Notes: generated by a model not told the origin, from the sequence alone. Positions 49,383-61,457 are shown, counted from the first letter of the whole stretch. The stretch: DNA of 63,789 nucleotides, filler included, from Chiloscyllium plagiosum (GCF_004010195.1; 4 parts of one record of this genome joined end to end with filler, not necessarily neighbours in it); one strand, 5' to 3'. Made by a program: numbers and translations.

Positions 49383-51098
49383 TGATTTTTGAGAAGATCT
49401 GTAGCTCAGGTTGATGATAAGGGTGTAAGTTAGCTCGCTGAGCTGGAAGGCTTGTTTTCAAATGTTTAGATAACATTATCAATGAGAGTCTCCGGTGAAG
49501 CGCTGGTGGTATGTCCCCCCTCTCTATTTGTAGGTCTTGGTTACTTAAGGTGGGTGATGTAATTTCCCATTCTTTGTTTTCAGGGGAAGGTAGATGGGAT
49601 CTAAGTCGATGTGTTTAATGATGGAGTTCTGGTTAGAACGCCATGCCTCTAAGAATTCTACAACCTCTAAGAATTAACATTGACCTGGCCAAAGAAACAC
49701 TGGCATCACTACTAGGAAAACTCGAACCACAAACACCAGACAGCGCCAACTTCATCAGAAAAGATAACATTCTCAAGCTAGTAGACCTGTACCTCACCAC
49801 CTACTTCACATTCAATAACAAAACTTACAAACCAATCAACAGAATATCCATGGGATCACCAATATCAGGTCTCATAGTAGAAGCAGTAATGCAGAGACTT
49901 GAACAAGCTGCCCTCCCATCTATCCAACCCAAACTTCGGGTCCACTACATGGATGACACCTTTGTCATCACAAAATGGAACAAATTAGAGAAAACATTCA
50001 ACACCATCAACAATATTCTGACAGACATAAAATTCACAAAAAAGGAGAACGATAACAGACTCCCATTCCTAGACGTGACAGTTGAACGTACAGTTAACAG
50101 AGAGCTTCAAACCAGCAACTACAGAAAAATAACAAACTCAGACTAAATACTTAACTTCAGAAGCAATCATCCCAGACCCAAAAACTAAGCTACATCAAGA
50201 CATTATTTCAATGAGCTACCTCCCACTGCAGCACTCAAGAACTACAAACAGCAGAAGAAAAATATCTATACAATATTTTCAAGAAAAACGGCTACCCAAT
50301 AAACACTGATTTCTCAGAAACAAACCCAAACAAGCAGACAAAATGCAATCAAAAACTATAGTCGCATTACCTTACATCAATGACATATCTGAAATGACTT
50401 CCAGACTACTCAGACACCTTCGAGGAGAAAGTGAGGACTGCAGATGCTGGAGATCAGAGCTGAAAATGTGTTGCTGGAAAAGCGCAGCAGGTCAGGCAGC
50501 ATCCAAGAAGCAGGAGAATCGACGTTTCGGGCATGAGCCCTTCTTCAGGAATTTTTTCCTGACACCTTGACATCATGGGAGACCACAAGCTTACCAACAC
50601 ACTTAAACAGTGACTAATGAACCTAAAGGATCCACTAGATACTGCCAGCAAAACTAAGGTCATTTACAAGATACCATGCAAGAACTGTGAAAAACACTAC
50701 ATCAGACAAACAAACAGAATTCCTGTCACCAGGATACATGAACACCAACTAGCCACCAAAACAGAGGCTTATACATACAGACAAAGAAGGACACCGCTTT
50801 GACTGGGACAACACACACATTCTAGGCTAGGTGAAACAAAGACACGCATGAGAATTCTTAGAAGCATGGCATTCTAACCAGAACTCCATCAATAAACACA
50901 TCAACTTAGATCCCATCAACCTTCCCTTGAAAAATAAACTGAAAATGACATCCCACCTTAAGAAATCAAGACCTATAAATAAAGGTGGGACATACCACCA
51001 GTGCTTCACCAGAGATTCTCACCGATGATGTTACCTAATCATGGTGACGAAACGTCTGAAAACAAACCTTCCAACTCAGCGAGCTAACTTACATGCTC
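49383..51098 (+). mobile_element. Penelope-like element (Penelope/Poseidon-type): inverted 5' terminal repeat (about 49383-49660), RT, GIY-YIG, 3' terminal repeat
   Basis: SMGSPIS, YMDDTF and LPFLDV (RT); KVIYKIPCKNCEKHYIRQT...RIHEH (GIY-YIG); hammerhead-like core at 51019-51059; flanking direct repeat aactgcctt. Confidence 0.92.
50421..50560 (-). mobile_element. Short PLE terminal repeat nested in another PLE
   Basis: Intact core CTGAAGA-A-GGGC-TCAT-GCCC-GAAACGTC; TSD gacacctt at 50413-50420 and 50561-50568. Confidence 0.88.
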
Positions 51099-51630
51099 AA
51101 CTGCCTTTGTTCTTTAATTATAAAACACTATGATAAAAATGTAAAACTGGACATAATCTTTTAGATTTTGTTTCAGTGAGGAAAACAATACATGCTTGGT
51201 TTTGTCAATACTGATTAAGTCTGCTCATTAAATCCTAGAGACTGAACTGAATTCTGTAAATGAGAAAGAGTCTGTGCTCTCATAACTCACATATTTGCAA
51301 TAGAAGTCGCAAATAGTTCAGTTTCTGTGAATTCAGGAGGTAATGAGTTCTATCAAACCTGGATGCCTGTAGACTAAATTAAAAGGCACATGGAACCTGC
51401 AATCTCTTCAGCAGAAACATCTGTTCATATCCCAGGCAGTTAATGATGTTACCCGTCACCATCAGCTTCTGTGTAGCATCACAGAGACTTTGCAGAATGG
51501 TGGGCCAGACTCACACCTGGAATTCCGTTTCTCATAGATCCATATTTTCTGGATTGTGGAGGGAATGAAAATGGGACAAGACTCACACGTGAGAAACCCA
51601 AACAACTCAGTAGAGCCATTTGAATCCCGT

Positions 51631-54440
51631 AGCAGAAAGTGATCACTGCAGATTCTGGAGATCAGAGACAAAGGCGCTGTGTGTGCCGCTGGAAAAGCAC
51701 AGCTGCTCAGGCAGCATCTGAGGAGCAGGAGAGTCAACGTTTGGAGCACAAGCTCTTCATTGGGAACGTGGGGGTGGGAAGGGGGGGTGACCCAAGGGAG
51801 CTGAGCGATAAATGGGAGGAGAAGTGGGGCTGAGGGGAAGGTAGCTAGGAATGCAATAGGTAGATAAAGGTAGGGGAGGTGAAGGTGACAGCTTGGAGCA
51901 GTGGGTGGAGCGGAGATGTGGGAAGGAAGATGGACAGTTGGAGGGCGATGCTAAGTTGGAGGGTTGGATCTCGGATACAGTCAGGGGAGGAGAAATGAGG
52001 AAACTGGTGGAATCGACATTGATCCCATGTGGTTGGAGGGCCCTAAGGTGGAAGATAAGGTGGCCTCCCTCCAGGCGTCAGGCGGCTTGGATTTGGCAGT
52101 GAAGGAGGCTCAGGATTTGCACGTTCTTGGCGGTGTGGGAGGGGGAGTTGAAGTGGTCGGCCACAGGGTGNNNNNNNNNNNNNNNNNNNNNNGGGAGCTG
52201 AGTGATAAATGGGAGGAGAAGTGGGGCTGAGGGGAAGGTAGCTAGGAATGCAATAGGTAGATAAAGGTAGGGGAGGTGAAGGTGACAGCTTGGAGCAGTG
52301 GGTGGAGCGGAGATGTGGGAAGGAAGATGGACAGTTGGAGGGCGATGCTAAGTTGGAGGGTTGGATCTCGGATACAGTCAGGGGAGGAGAAATGAGGAAA
52401 CTGGTGGAATCGACATTGATCCCATGTGGTTGGAGGGCCCTAAGGTGGAAGATAAGGTGGCCTCCCTCCAGGCGTCAGGCGGCTTGGATTTGGCAGTGAA
52501 GGAGGCTCAGGATTTGCACGTTCTTGGCGGTGTGGGAGGGGGAGTTGAAGTGGTCAGCCACAGGGTGTTGGATTTGTTTAGTGCATGTGTCGTGGAGATG
52601 TTCTCTGAAACATTCCGCAAGTTGGTGTACTGTCTCCGCGATGTAGAGGAGACCATATCGGGAGCAATGGGCACAGTAGATGAGGTGTTTGGATGTGCAG
52701 GAAATTCTCTGCCAGATGTGGAAGGATTCTTTGGGCCTTCAGTGAAAGTGAGGGGGGAGGTATGGGCGCAAGTTTTATACCTCTTGCGGTGGCAAGGGAA
52801 GGTGCCAGGAGTGGAGGGTGGGTTGGTGGGGGTCCGTGGACCTAACAAGGGAGTCGCAGAGGGAATAGTCTCTGAGGAATTCTGATTGGGGTCGGGAGGA
52901 AAATATATCTCTGGTGGTGGTGTCTGACTGTATGTGGCAGATATGGTGGATGATGATGCGATATATCTGGAGGTTGGTGGGGTGGAAGGTGAGGACGAGG
53001 GGGATTCTATCCTTTTTGCAGTTGGAATGGTGGGATTCCAAGTGCGGAGGTGCAGGAAGTGGGGGAGATGCACTGGAGAAGGGCCTGTGCCCGAAACGTC
53101 GAATCTCCTGTTCCCTGGATGCTGCCTGACCTGCTGTGCTGTTCCAGCAATAAAGTTTCAACTTTGATCTCCAGCATCTGCAGACCTCACTTTCTCCTCG
53201 AGATGCACTGGAGGGCTTGTTGACCACATGGAAGGGGAAATTGCGGTCCTTGAAGAAGGAGGCCATCTGGGATGTCCTGGAATGGAATTAGTCCTCCTGG
53301 GAGCAGATGTGGTGGAGGCAGAGAAATTGGGAGTAAAGGATAGTGATTTTTAACGGGCATATAGGAGGAGGTGGAGACCAGGTAACTGTGGGAGTCAGTA
53401 GATGTCCATGTTGAGTCGGTGGCTGGAAATAGAGATGGAGAGGCCCAGGAAGGGTAGGGATGTGTCTGAGATGGTCCAGATGAACTTGAGGTCAGGGTGG
53501 AAGGTGTGTGCGAAGTTGATGAATTGTTCAATCTCCTCATGGGAGCACAAGGTGGTGTCGATACAGTCATCAATGTAGCAAAGGAAAAGATGGGAAATTG
53601 TGCTGGTGTAACTGCGAAAGGTGGACAGTTCCACGTACCCAATGAAGAGGCTGTCTTAGCTGGCTACCCCTTGGGTCTAAAGGAAGTTGGAGGATTCAAA
53701 GGAGAAATGGTTGAGGGTGAGGACCAGTTCCATCTATCGAATGAGTGTGTCGGTGAAGGGTACCGGTTGTGTTGGTGGAAGAGGAAGAAATGGAGAACGT
53801 GGAGGTCTTCATCATGGCGGATAGATGTGTATAGGATCTGGATGTCCATGGTGAAGATAAGGCATTGGGGGCTGGGGATATGAAAGTCATGGAGGAGGTG
53901 GAGGGCGTCGGCAATGTCCTGAACGTATGTGAGGAATTCCTGGACCAAGGGGGACAGGACAGTGTCAAGGTATGCGGAGGTAAGCTCGGTGGGGCGAAGA
54001 TGATGGATCATCCGGAGCTGTCTGGTTTGTGAATTTTGGATAAGAGGTAGAATCGGGCGGTGTGGGAGTCCATAAGACCATAAGACATAGGAGCGGAAGT
54101 AAGGCCATTCGGCCCATCGAGTCCTGGAGTATGAGGTCGAAGGCTGTGGATGGGCGATCTCCTGAGGTGATGAGGTTATGGATGGTCTGGGAGATGATAG
54201 TTTGGTGATGGGAAGTGAGATCGTGTTCGAGGGGACAGTATTAGGAGGTATCCATGAGTTGGCACCTGGCTTCAGTGGTGTACAGGTCATTGCACCAAAC
54301 TACCACTGTGCCCCACCTTGTCCACTGGTTTGATGGTGAGGGAGTCCATTACAAAGGTGAAAGGTTGGAGTGGGTGAGAGGGGTGGATAGGTTAAGGTTG
54401 TCAAAGTCACAGCGGCAGTTGGAGATGAAGAAGGGGGGTA
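51631..54440 (-). mobile_element. Penelope-like element (Neptune-like), decayed RT, linker and GIY-YIG
   Basis: LIFTMDIQILYTSI, YIDDCI, LPFLG, DRIPLVLTFHPTNL, PCHRKRYKTCAH. Confidence 0.9.
53079..53199 (+). mobile_element. Short PLE terminal repeat nested in a PLE, starting within the hammerhead
   Basis: AAGGGC-CTGT-GCCC-GAAACGTC...ctcactttctcctc; perfect 14-bp TSD gagatgcactggag at 53065-53078 and 53200-53213. Confidence 0.92.
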
Positions 54441-54444
54441 CCGA

Positions 54445-56385
54445 ATGCACCACTTCTGCACCCCCCAACCCCCATGTGTGTGTCACTTCCTTTGGTGACG
54501 TCACCAACAATATCATGACCACACTCACTCCAGAGACCATCTCCACCCTCACTCCCAAATCCAGCCCTACTCTAGGTCCTAGCCTCCAGCCCTGCTGTGT
54601 TTTTACCACTCCCCGAGATCTCCTCCTCACTGATGAATGAACAGTCCTCAGCAAATGTCTCATCTTCACCCCCTCTGCTCCCAGATCAATGAATTCAACA
54701 TGCATCGCGACATTGAATTTTTCTTCTACTGCCTTCCCCTCCATGCTTACTTGTTCTATCAGGACTCCCATCCACTCTCTGAGGACCCCTTCTTCCACCT
54801 CCAACAGACTCCATCCACTTGGACACCCATACTGGTCTGTTACCCACTCTCTACCTCCTTACGTCCAACTGTCGCCGTGACTTTTACCATGTTAATCTCT
54901 CCAACCTGTCACCTACTCCAAACTTACACCCTCACAATGCGCAGCCCTCCACTCCCTCCGCTCCAATCCCAGCCTCACCAGCAAACTCGCAGACAAGGGG
55001 GGAGAAGTCATAGTTTGGTGCACCGACCTGTAGACTGCTGAAGCAAGATGTCAATTCAGAGACACCTCCTCCTACTGCCCCCTCAACCACGACCTCACCT
55101 CCCATCACCAAATCATCATCTTCCAGACCATCCATAACCTCATCACCTCAGGGGCTCTCCCATCCACAGCCTCCAAAGTTATAGTCCACGACCCCTGCAC
55201 CACCCAGTTCTACCTCTTATCCAAAATTTACAAACATGACTGCCCCGGTCGGCCCATCGCCTCCACCCGCTCCTGCCCTACCAAACTTACCTCCGCATAC
55301 CTTGACACCATCCTGTCCTTCCGGTCCAGCATCTCCCCACATACATTCAGGACACCACCACACCCTCCATGATTTTCAGTTTCCTGGTCCCCAGCATCTC
55401 ATTTTCACCATGGACATCCAGTCATTGTACATATTCATCCACCATGATGAAGGACTCCAAGCCCTCCATTTTTTTCGCTCCTGCTGGTGCAACCAGTACC
55501 CTTTGATTGGCAGAACTGGTCCTCACCCTCAACAATTTCCCCTTTGAATCCTCCCACTTGCTTCAGTCCAAAGGGGTAGTCATGGGCACCTGCATGGGCC
55601 CCAGATATGCCTGTCTTTTTTTTGGGTACGTGGAACAGTCCATCGTCCGCAGCTACACTTGCACCATCCTCCACCTTTTCCTCCTCGTGCTTCCATGAGG
55701 AGGTTGAACAATTCATCAACTTCACAAACACATTCCACCTGACCTCAAGTTCACCTGGACCATCTCGGACACCTCCCTCCCCTTCCTGGACCTCTCCATC
55801 TCCATTTCCAGCCACCGACTCAACACAGACATCTACTTCAAGCCCACCGTCTCCCACAGCTGCCTGAACTATACCCCCTCTCACTCACCCATCCTCCTCT
55901 TGAAACACTATCCCTTAATCCTAATTCCTCCACCTCCACCGCAACTGCACCAGGAGGATCAACGCCATTCCCAGATGGCCACCTATTTCAAAGATCGCAA
56001 TTCCCCCTCCCACGTGGTCAATAATGCCTTCTAGCGCATCTCCTCCACTTTCCACACCCCTGCCCTTGAACCCCACCCCTCTAATCACAACAAGGATAGA
56101 ACCCTCCAGTCCTCACCTTCCACTCCACTAATCTCCAGATACAACGCATCATCCTCCACCATTTCCACGACCTACAGTGAGATCCCACCACCAGAGATAT
56201 ATTTCCCTTCCCACCCCTAACAGCATTCCGCAGAGACCATTCCCTCCGCGACTCCCTCGTTAGGTCCACACCCCCCATCAAACCACCCTCCACCTTACTA
56301 TGCCACCGCAGGAGGTGTAAAACCTATGCCCACACCTCCCCCTGAGGCCCCAAAGGATCCTTCCACATCCAGCAGAGAATTTCCG
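54445..56385 (+). mobile_element. Penelope-like element (Neptune-like), opposite orientation to 51631-54440; N-terminus, RT and linker
   Basis: INEFNMHRDIE, ADKGG, LIFTMDIQSLY, GVVMGTCMGPRYACLF. Confidence 0.9.
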
Positions 56386-56416
56386 GCAGTGCTAATTGAT
56401 TGAATCTGATTGAATC

Positions 56417-56661
56417 ACATTGACCTGGACCCAATATACCGACCACTGCAGCAGACAGCTGGAACTGACAACCGGAAGCGGCAGATTCAAAACACTACAA
56501 ATGCCGGAGGAAAGATCACAGAAGCGCTTCACAGGAGGCTCCCAAGCACTGAGGATGTCACCTAGACAGAGGACGAAACGTCTGCAACACAAATTCCCAG
56601 CTCGGCGAACAGAACCACAACAACGAGCACCCGAGCTACAAATCCTCTCCCAAACTTTGAA
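56417..56661 (+). mobile_element. PLE terminal repeat (second family)
   Basis: Reverse complement of 39296-39528 and 63354-63595. Confidence 0.88.
56546..56585 (+). ncRNA. Minimal hammerhead ribozyme motif, sense to DCC
   Basis: GCA-CTGAGGA-T-GTC-acctagacagag-GAC-GAAAC-GTC-TGC: all core nucleotides present, stem I GCA/TGC, palindromic ACGT stem III. Confidence 0.75.
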
Positions 56662-56810
56662 ATTATGGTCTTATGCATCTAAAAGACAACACCACTGAAC
56701 ACTGCGGCACTCCTTCACTACTGCAAAGGTGATAGCCTAGATTTTGGGCTCAGATTTCTGAAGTAAAACTTGAATCCACAATCCTCTGATCCAGAGATAC
56801 GATAACTATG

Positions 56811-57030
56811 AAAAAACTGAAAGAACTGCAGACGCTGCCAACCAGAAACAAAAACAGAAGTAGCAGGAAAAGGAAAGCAGGTTTGGCAGCATCTGTGAAG
56901 AGAAATCAAAGTTAATGTTTCAGGGCCGGAGACCCGTCCTCAGATGATCTGAAACATCAACTTTATTTTCTCTTCACAGGTGCTGCCAGACCTGCTGAAC
57001 TTTGCCAGTAACTTCTGTTTTTGTAGAAGG
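56811..57030. mobile_element. Older fold-back PLE terminal-repeat insertion
   Basis: Arms at about 56850-56922 and 56949-57023 are imperfect reverse complements, turning at a hammerhead remnant; TSD taactatg at 56803-56810 and 57031-57038. Confidence 0.78.
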
Positions 57031-57315
57031 TAACTATGGCTGGGCTACAACCTACACCTGTTCAGTTATCATAACGAGTAGTTCGACAACAAAAAGTTAG
57101 TAAAAGGGGATCAAAAGAAATACTGAAAATATATTATTAGCTAACACTAATTCTTTTATCATAAAAACATACCTTTAATTATTATCCTTTACTGTGTAGT
57201 AGATATGAAGTTTCGAGGCCAGATTTTAAAAATAAACTTTAAGTCTTCTCCTCAATCAATCCAAATAAGATGAGGAATAACCAATACAATATGCAAACAG
57301 TTTATATTTTTAAAT

Positions 57316-57630
57316 TTGCTCATGGGATGTGGGTGTCACTGGAGAAACTAGCATTTATTGCTCATCTGTAATTGTTCATAGACAAATGCTGTAGGTTTAG
57401 GAACACATGCAGGTCAAACTCAGTACAGATGACAAATTTCCTTTTCCAAATGGCATGAGTGAATCAGAGGCGTTTTACAACAATCAACAATTGTTTCCAT
57501 TAGACTGGCTTTTTTTTCAGATTTTCGTCAAATTCAAGTTTCACTATCTGCCATGGTGGGATTTGAACCACTGTCCCCAGGACATTCGTCTGGGGTTCTG
57601 GATTACTGGTCGAGTGACATGGCCACAATG
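57316..57630 (-). mobile_element. tRNA-derived SINE (family of 32158-32492)
   Basis: catgggatgtgggtgtcactgg...gcatttattg; ccatggtgggatttgaacc. Confidence 0.7.
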
Positions 57631-58624
57631 TCCCCATGTTCCCCAATATGATGTCAACTTTAATTATTGCCATTGAAACCAGAACAGATTTGACGGAAAT
57701 TCAATAAACGTATCAATCAAACTAATTTTGAAAAATGTTCAAAAAGAAAAAAAATCTCACATATGCAGCACTGAAGAGTTTTTGTTGTTCATATATTTGC
57801 AGTAAAATTTGTAATCATTGAGAAATACAGCTTTTTCTTGTGGGTTTTTGTAAGCAGAATGGAATATATGAGAAGATATTCATTGCAGTAATCCACTTTT
57901 TTTTTAATGGTATTTGAACTTTGGCAATTTCTAAGCGACCCAAACAAGCGTCATAGATCCACCACATCATTACCATAGCATTCACTTTCAGCACACTTGC
58001 GTGACAGGAACTCCTCAATTACTTAACCAGCCCTCCCACAGTCTGGAACCTTAACAAATGCTTTGGAATGCATCAAGACTTCACACGAAAGACCAGAAAC
58101 ACTCTTGTGCCAAAAACTTTAAGAGTTAACCCAATCACTTCTCGAATTATTCTATATATTGTCAAGTTGCTTGGCTAATTTTTAAATAAAAAGATTGTGA
58201 ACCTTCCTGCTTCGCCAAACTTCTACCTCCAATGAAGCTAAAATGGCAAATCTCATGAAACTTTAAAACTAAACTGAAAGCAGTTGAGTCTGTGTACTAT
58301 CCATAATGTGAATCATACAGAAACCATTTAGCCTTTTAACTTAAAATAATAAAGAACAGTATCAAAGTCATTTTAGCTCAGTCTCCATTGTCGATCAACT
58401 GTTTGTGTTCTGAAATAAAAATGAGCAAAGCAACTTTTTAATTTTCTGAAAGTGGTCCCTTTTTCAATATAATGAATTGTGGTTATGTAAATCTAACCAA
58501 CTGTTTTGCTGTTCAATTTTTAAAGAACCAATGAAAATATACATAACGAGCAATTTCCTTCACCTCCCCCATAAATTAATAGTTTTTTTAAAAATAGAAA
58601 GTGAAAGGTTAAAGTACTACAAAT

Positions 58625-58995
58625 GGAGTCATACAGCATGAAAACAGACCCTTTGGTACAACTAGTCCATGCCAAACATAATCCCAAACTAAATTAATCC
58701 CTCCTCCCTCCAAACATTTCTTATTCATGTACTTATCGAAATATCTTTTAAACATTGTAACTGTATCCACATGCATCACTTGCTTTGGAAGTTCATTCCA
58801 CACACAAACCACTGTGTAAAAATGTTGCCCCTCATATCCTTTTTAAATCTTTTTCCTCTCACCTTGAAAATATGCCCCCTCATCTTGAAATTCCCCACCA
58901 TAGGGAAAAGACACTTGCCATTCACCTTATCTGTACCAGTCATTATTTTATAAACTCTATAAGGTCACTTCTTAACCTCCCATGTTCCAATGAAA
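58625..58995 (-). mobile_element. CR1 3' part
   Basis: VCVWNELPKQV; runs into the gap. Confidence 0.85.
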
Positions 58996-59165
58996 NNNNN
59001 NNNNNNNNNNNNNNNNNNNNNNNNNNNNNNNNNNNNNNNTTAATTAATTAANNNNNNNNNNNNNNNNNNNNNNNNNNNNNNNNNNNNNNNNNNNNTCCCA
59101 ACTTGGCATGGCAGCCATCTGGCGTGGCAAGGTGGACTTTTAGCCCACTAGGGCACTCTCTCAGT

Positions 59166-59249
59166 GGCCCAGTGAAGTAGTCTCTCGGCCCAGCATGGTA
59201 GTCTTTCAGTGGTACATGGCAGTCTCTTGGCCTGGCATAGTAGTCACAC
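59166..59249. repeat. Degenerate 21-bp minisatellite, 4 units
   Basis: ggcccagtgaagtagtctctc / ggcccagcatggtagtctttc / agtggtacatggcagtctctt / ggcctggcatagtagtcacac. Confidence 0.7.
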
Positions 59250-59307
59250 CGTGGCTAGGTACTGAAGAAAGACCGTCATGTTTGAACTTTCAGTTTATTT
59301 TTCTTTA

Positions 59308-59590
59308 TTCATTCACATGGGATGAGCGCACCACTGATTACATGTATTGTCCATCCCTAATTGCCCAGAGGGCAGTTAAGAGTCAACCACATTGCTGTGG
59401 GTCTGGAGTCACATGTCAGTCAGACCAGGTAAAGTTGGCAGTTTCCTTCCCTAAAGGACATTAGTGAACCGGATGGGTTTTTCCAACAATTGACAATGGT
59501 AATCATTAGATTCTTAATTCCAGATATTTAAAGATTTCAAATTCCAGCATATGCCATGGCAGGATTCAAACCTGGGTCCCCAGAATGTTA
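59308..59590 (-). mobile_element. tRNA-derived SINE (family of 32158-32492)
   Basis: ccctaattgcccagagggcagttaagagtcaaccacattgctgtgggtctggagtcac. Confidence 0.78.
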
Positions 59591-59592
59591 GA

Positions 59593-59758
59593 AGCAATTC
59601 CAACGCCCCTCCCCCAAGTCCCTCCTCCCTACCTTTTATCTTAGCCTGCTGGACACACTTTCCTCATTCCTGAAGAAGGGCTTATGCCCGAAACGTCGCT
59701 TCTCCTATTCCTTGGATGCTGCCTGACCTGCTGCGCTTTTCCAGCAAGACATTTTCAG
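59593..59758 (+). mobile_element. PLE terminal repeat with hammerhead core at 59668-59699
   Basis: CTGAAGA-A-GGGC-TTAT-GCCC-GAAACGTC; reverse complement of 5355-5520. Confidence 0.88.
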
Positions 59759-61398
59759 AAGCCAGACCAGTGTCAAGTACTATGTATGTGTAATTAAAAG
59801 TCAACTTGGGATGGGATACCACCCTCTGTGGAACAATTTCAAAGATAAATGCAAATGATTCTACTTTGTCATTTGTACTATTCTTCCCTTCTGTCCTGTC
59901 ATATTCTTTTTATTTGCAGTCTTTTCTGTTTTTGTTTCAGGCTTGCACTATTCACAATTCCTGTAAATAAAAACAAATCTGTGTGCTCTCACTGAGTATA
60001 ATACAGAAAATAAGTCATTAATTCTCTTTATGACTCAATTGCAGTAAGACAGATTTTAAACTATGGAAAGAAAGGCCACAGTATTGCCAATGACTTCGAG
60101 AATTTTTTTTAACAATTTGACTGTGGTAATGTTAACAAAGCTGGTGGGAATGGCAAGAAATGATAATTTAAAACTCTGCAGATATGTCATATCCTGATCC
60201 TTATAACATTGCATTTCTGATGCAGTTATAATAACCAGATGAACTTTCAATCCCAACAGACACAAACATTTATGTTTTGCTACTGAGACATTATTTTAAT
60301 TCTAGCTGCCTCCTTCCTAAATCCCCAATTAATTGCTCATATTAAATAAATTACATTGGGAGGAAAAAGATGCACAATCAGTTGTTTATGGATCTGGTTG
60401 CCTTTTAATTAGACTCTGTAGAGAACTGATGAATACTGTTGAAATAGGCACTTATTTCATAACATAGCATATTTAATATTAATTACTTGTTGTGAAAAAA
60501 GACATACATGTGCATTTCAGATTATTCAATAAATTCCTTGTTTTAAAGTTATACTCCTAAAAGTAGCTTCATGCCAACTGTATGTTGATTTTGGACAGGT
60601 CTCAGGCTTCACTCCCCTGCTAGTCTTTGATTTTTTTTGTCCTTCACAACTACCTGACAGAACAAACTTAGTTTTAAGATCTCATCCAGAAATGGACCTG
60701 AGACAATACGACAGTCCCTCAGTACTGCATTGCAATGTCAGTCCATGTTTTTTAAATTAAGAGTCTTTAGTAGCAGTTGACCCTGTAATTTCCTAATTTA
60801 GAGGCAGGAATGCTGAAAACTGAGTCATGGCTTTTTTATCTATTAATTTCATTATTTCTTCCTTAAGGTTAGAAGAAGGAAATAAATTTACTACAATATA
60901 CAGGGAATGCTCATCAAATGCTAAGAAGAAGAAATAGAATTTATTCAAAGTCTTGTTTGATGGAAAGGAGAGTTTTTTTGTTGTTGGAGTATACTAAAGG
61001 CTATCTGTTTTGGAGATTACAGTGGGAGATTTGTGCAAACATTTCAGTCAGGATAATTGGAGAAATTTTAATTGTTCTTATATAGATTGGCACATACAAA
61101 AGGGACAACCTGTATTCACAGAAGGATTTATTGATGTACTTCAAGGATCTTTTGTTAAACAGCTCATATGGTAAACAATAATATTGGATTTTCTACTAAC
61201 AAGTTAGAAAGAATTAATAAACTGTATTAAATCAAGGAAGACTCTGAATCTAATGATTAAACATTGTTATTTTTTATGGTAAGATTAAGGATAAAGCCAT
61301 TTAAAAACACATGAAAAAGTTAAATTTCATTAATACCGACTTTGTTGAAATGAGATAATTTTTTGTAATGATGGGGAAAAAAAGCATTCAAAGATATC

Positions 61399-61402
<4 letters not shown>

Positions 61403-61431
<29 letters not shown>
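61403..61431. repeat. (TA)n microsatellite
   Basis: Read directly from the sequence. Confidence 0.95.
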
Positions 61432-61435
<4 letters not shown>

Positions 61436-61457
61436 CAGTGGTAATGATACTGCACTA

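Noticed and set aside
49643..50146. Functional reverse transcriptase gene
   Set aside because: A 5'-truncated PLE RT followed by stops, frameshifts and a nested insertion.
51796..52567. Near-identical 375-bp direct repeat either side of the 22-N gap
   Set aside because: Only about 2 differences and both copies abut the gap; most likely unmerged contig overlap (two alleles).
2192..59758. CRISPR-like or regularly spaced array from the recurring GGGC-TTAT-GCCC repeats
   Set aside because: Copies are dispersed, in both orientations, with individual TSDs, in a vertebrate genome; they are retroelement termini.
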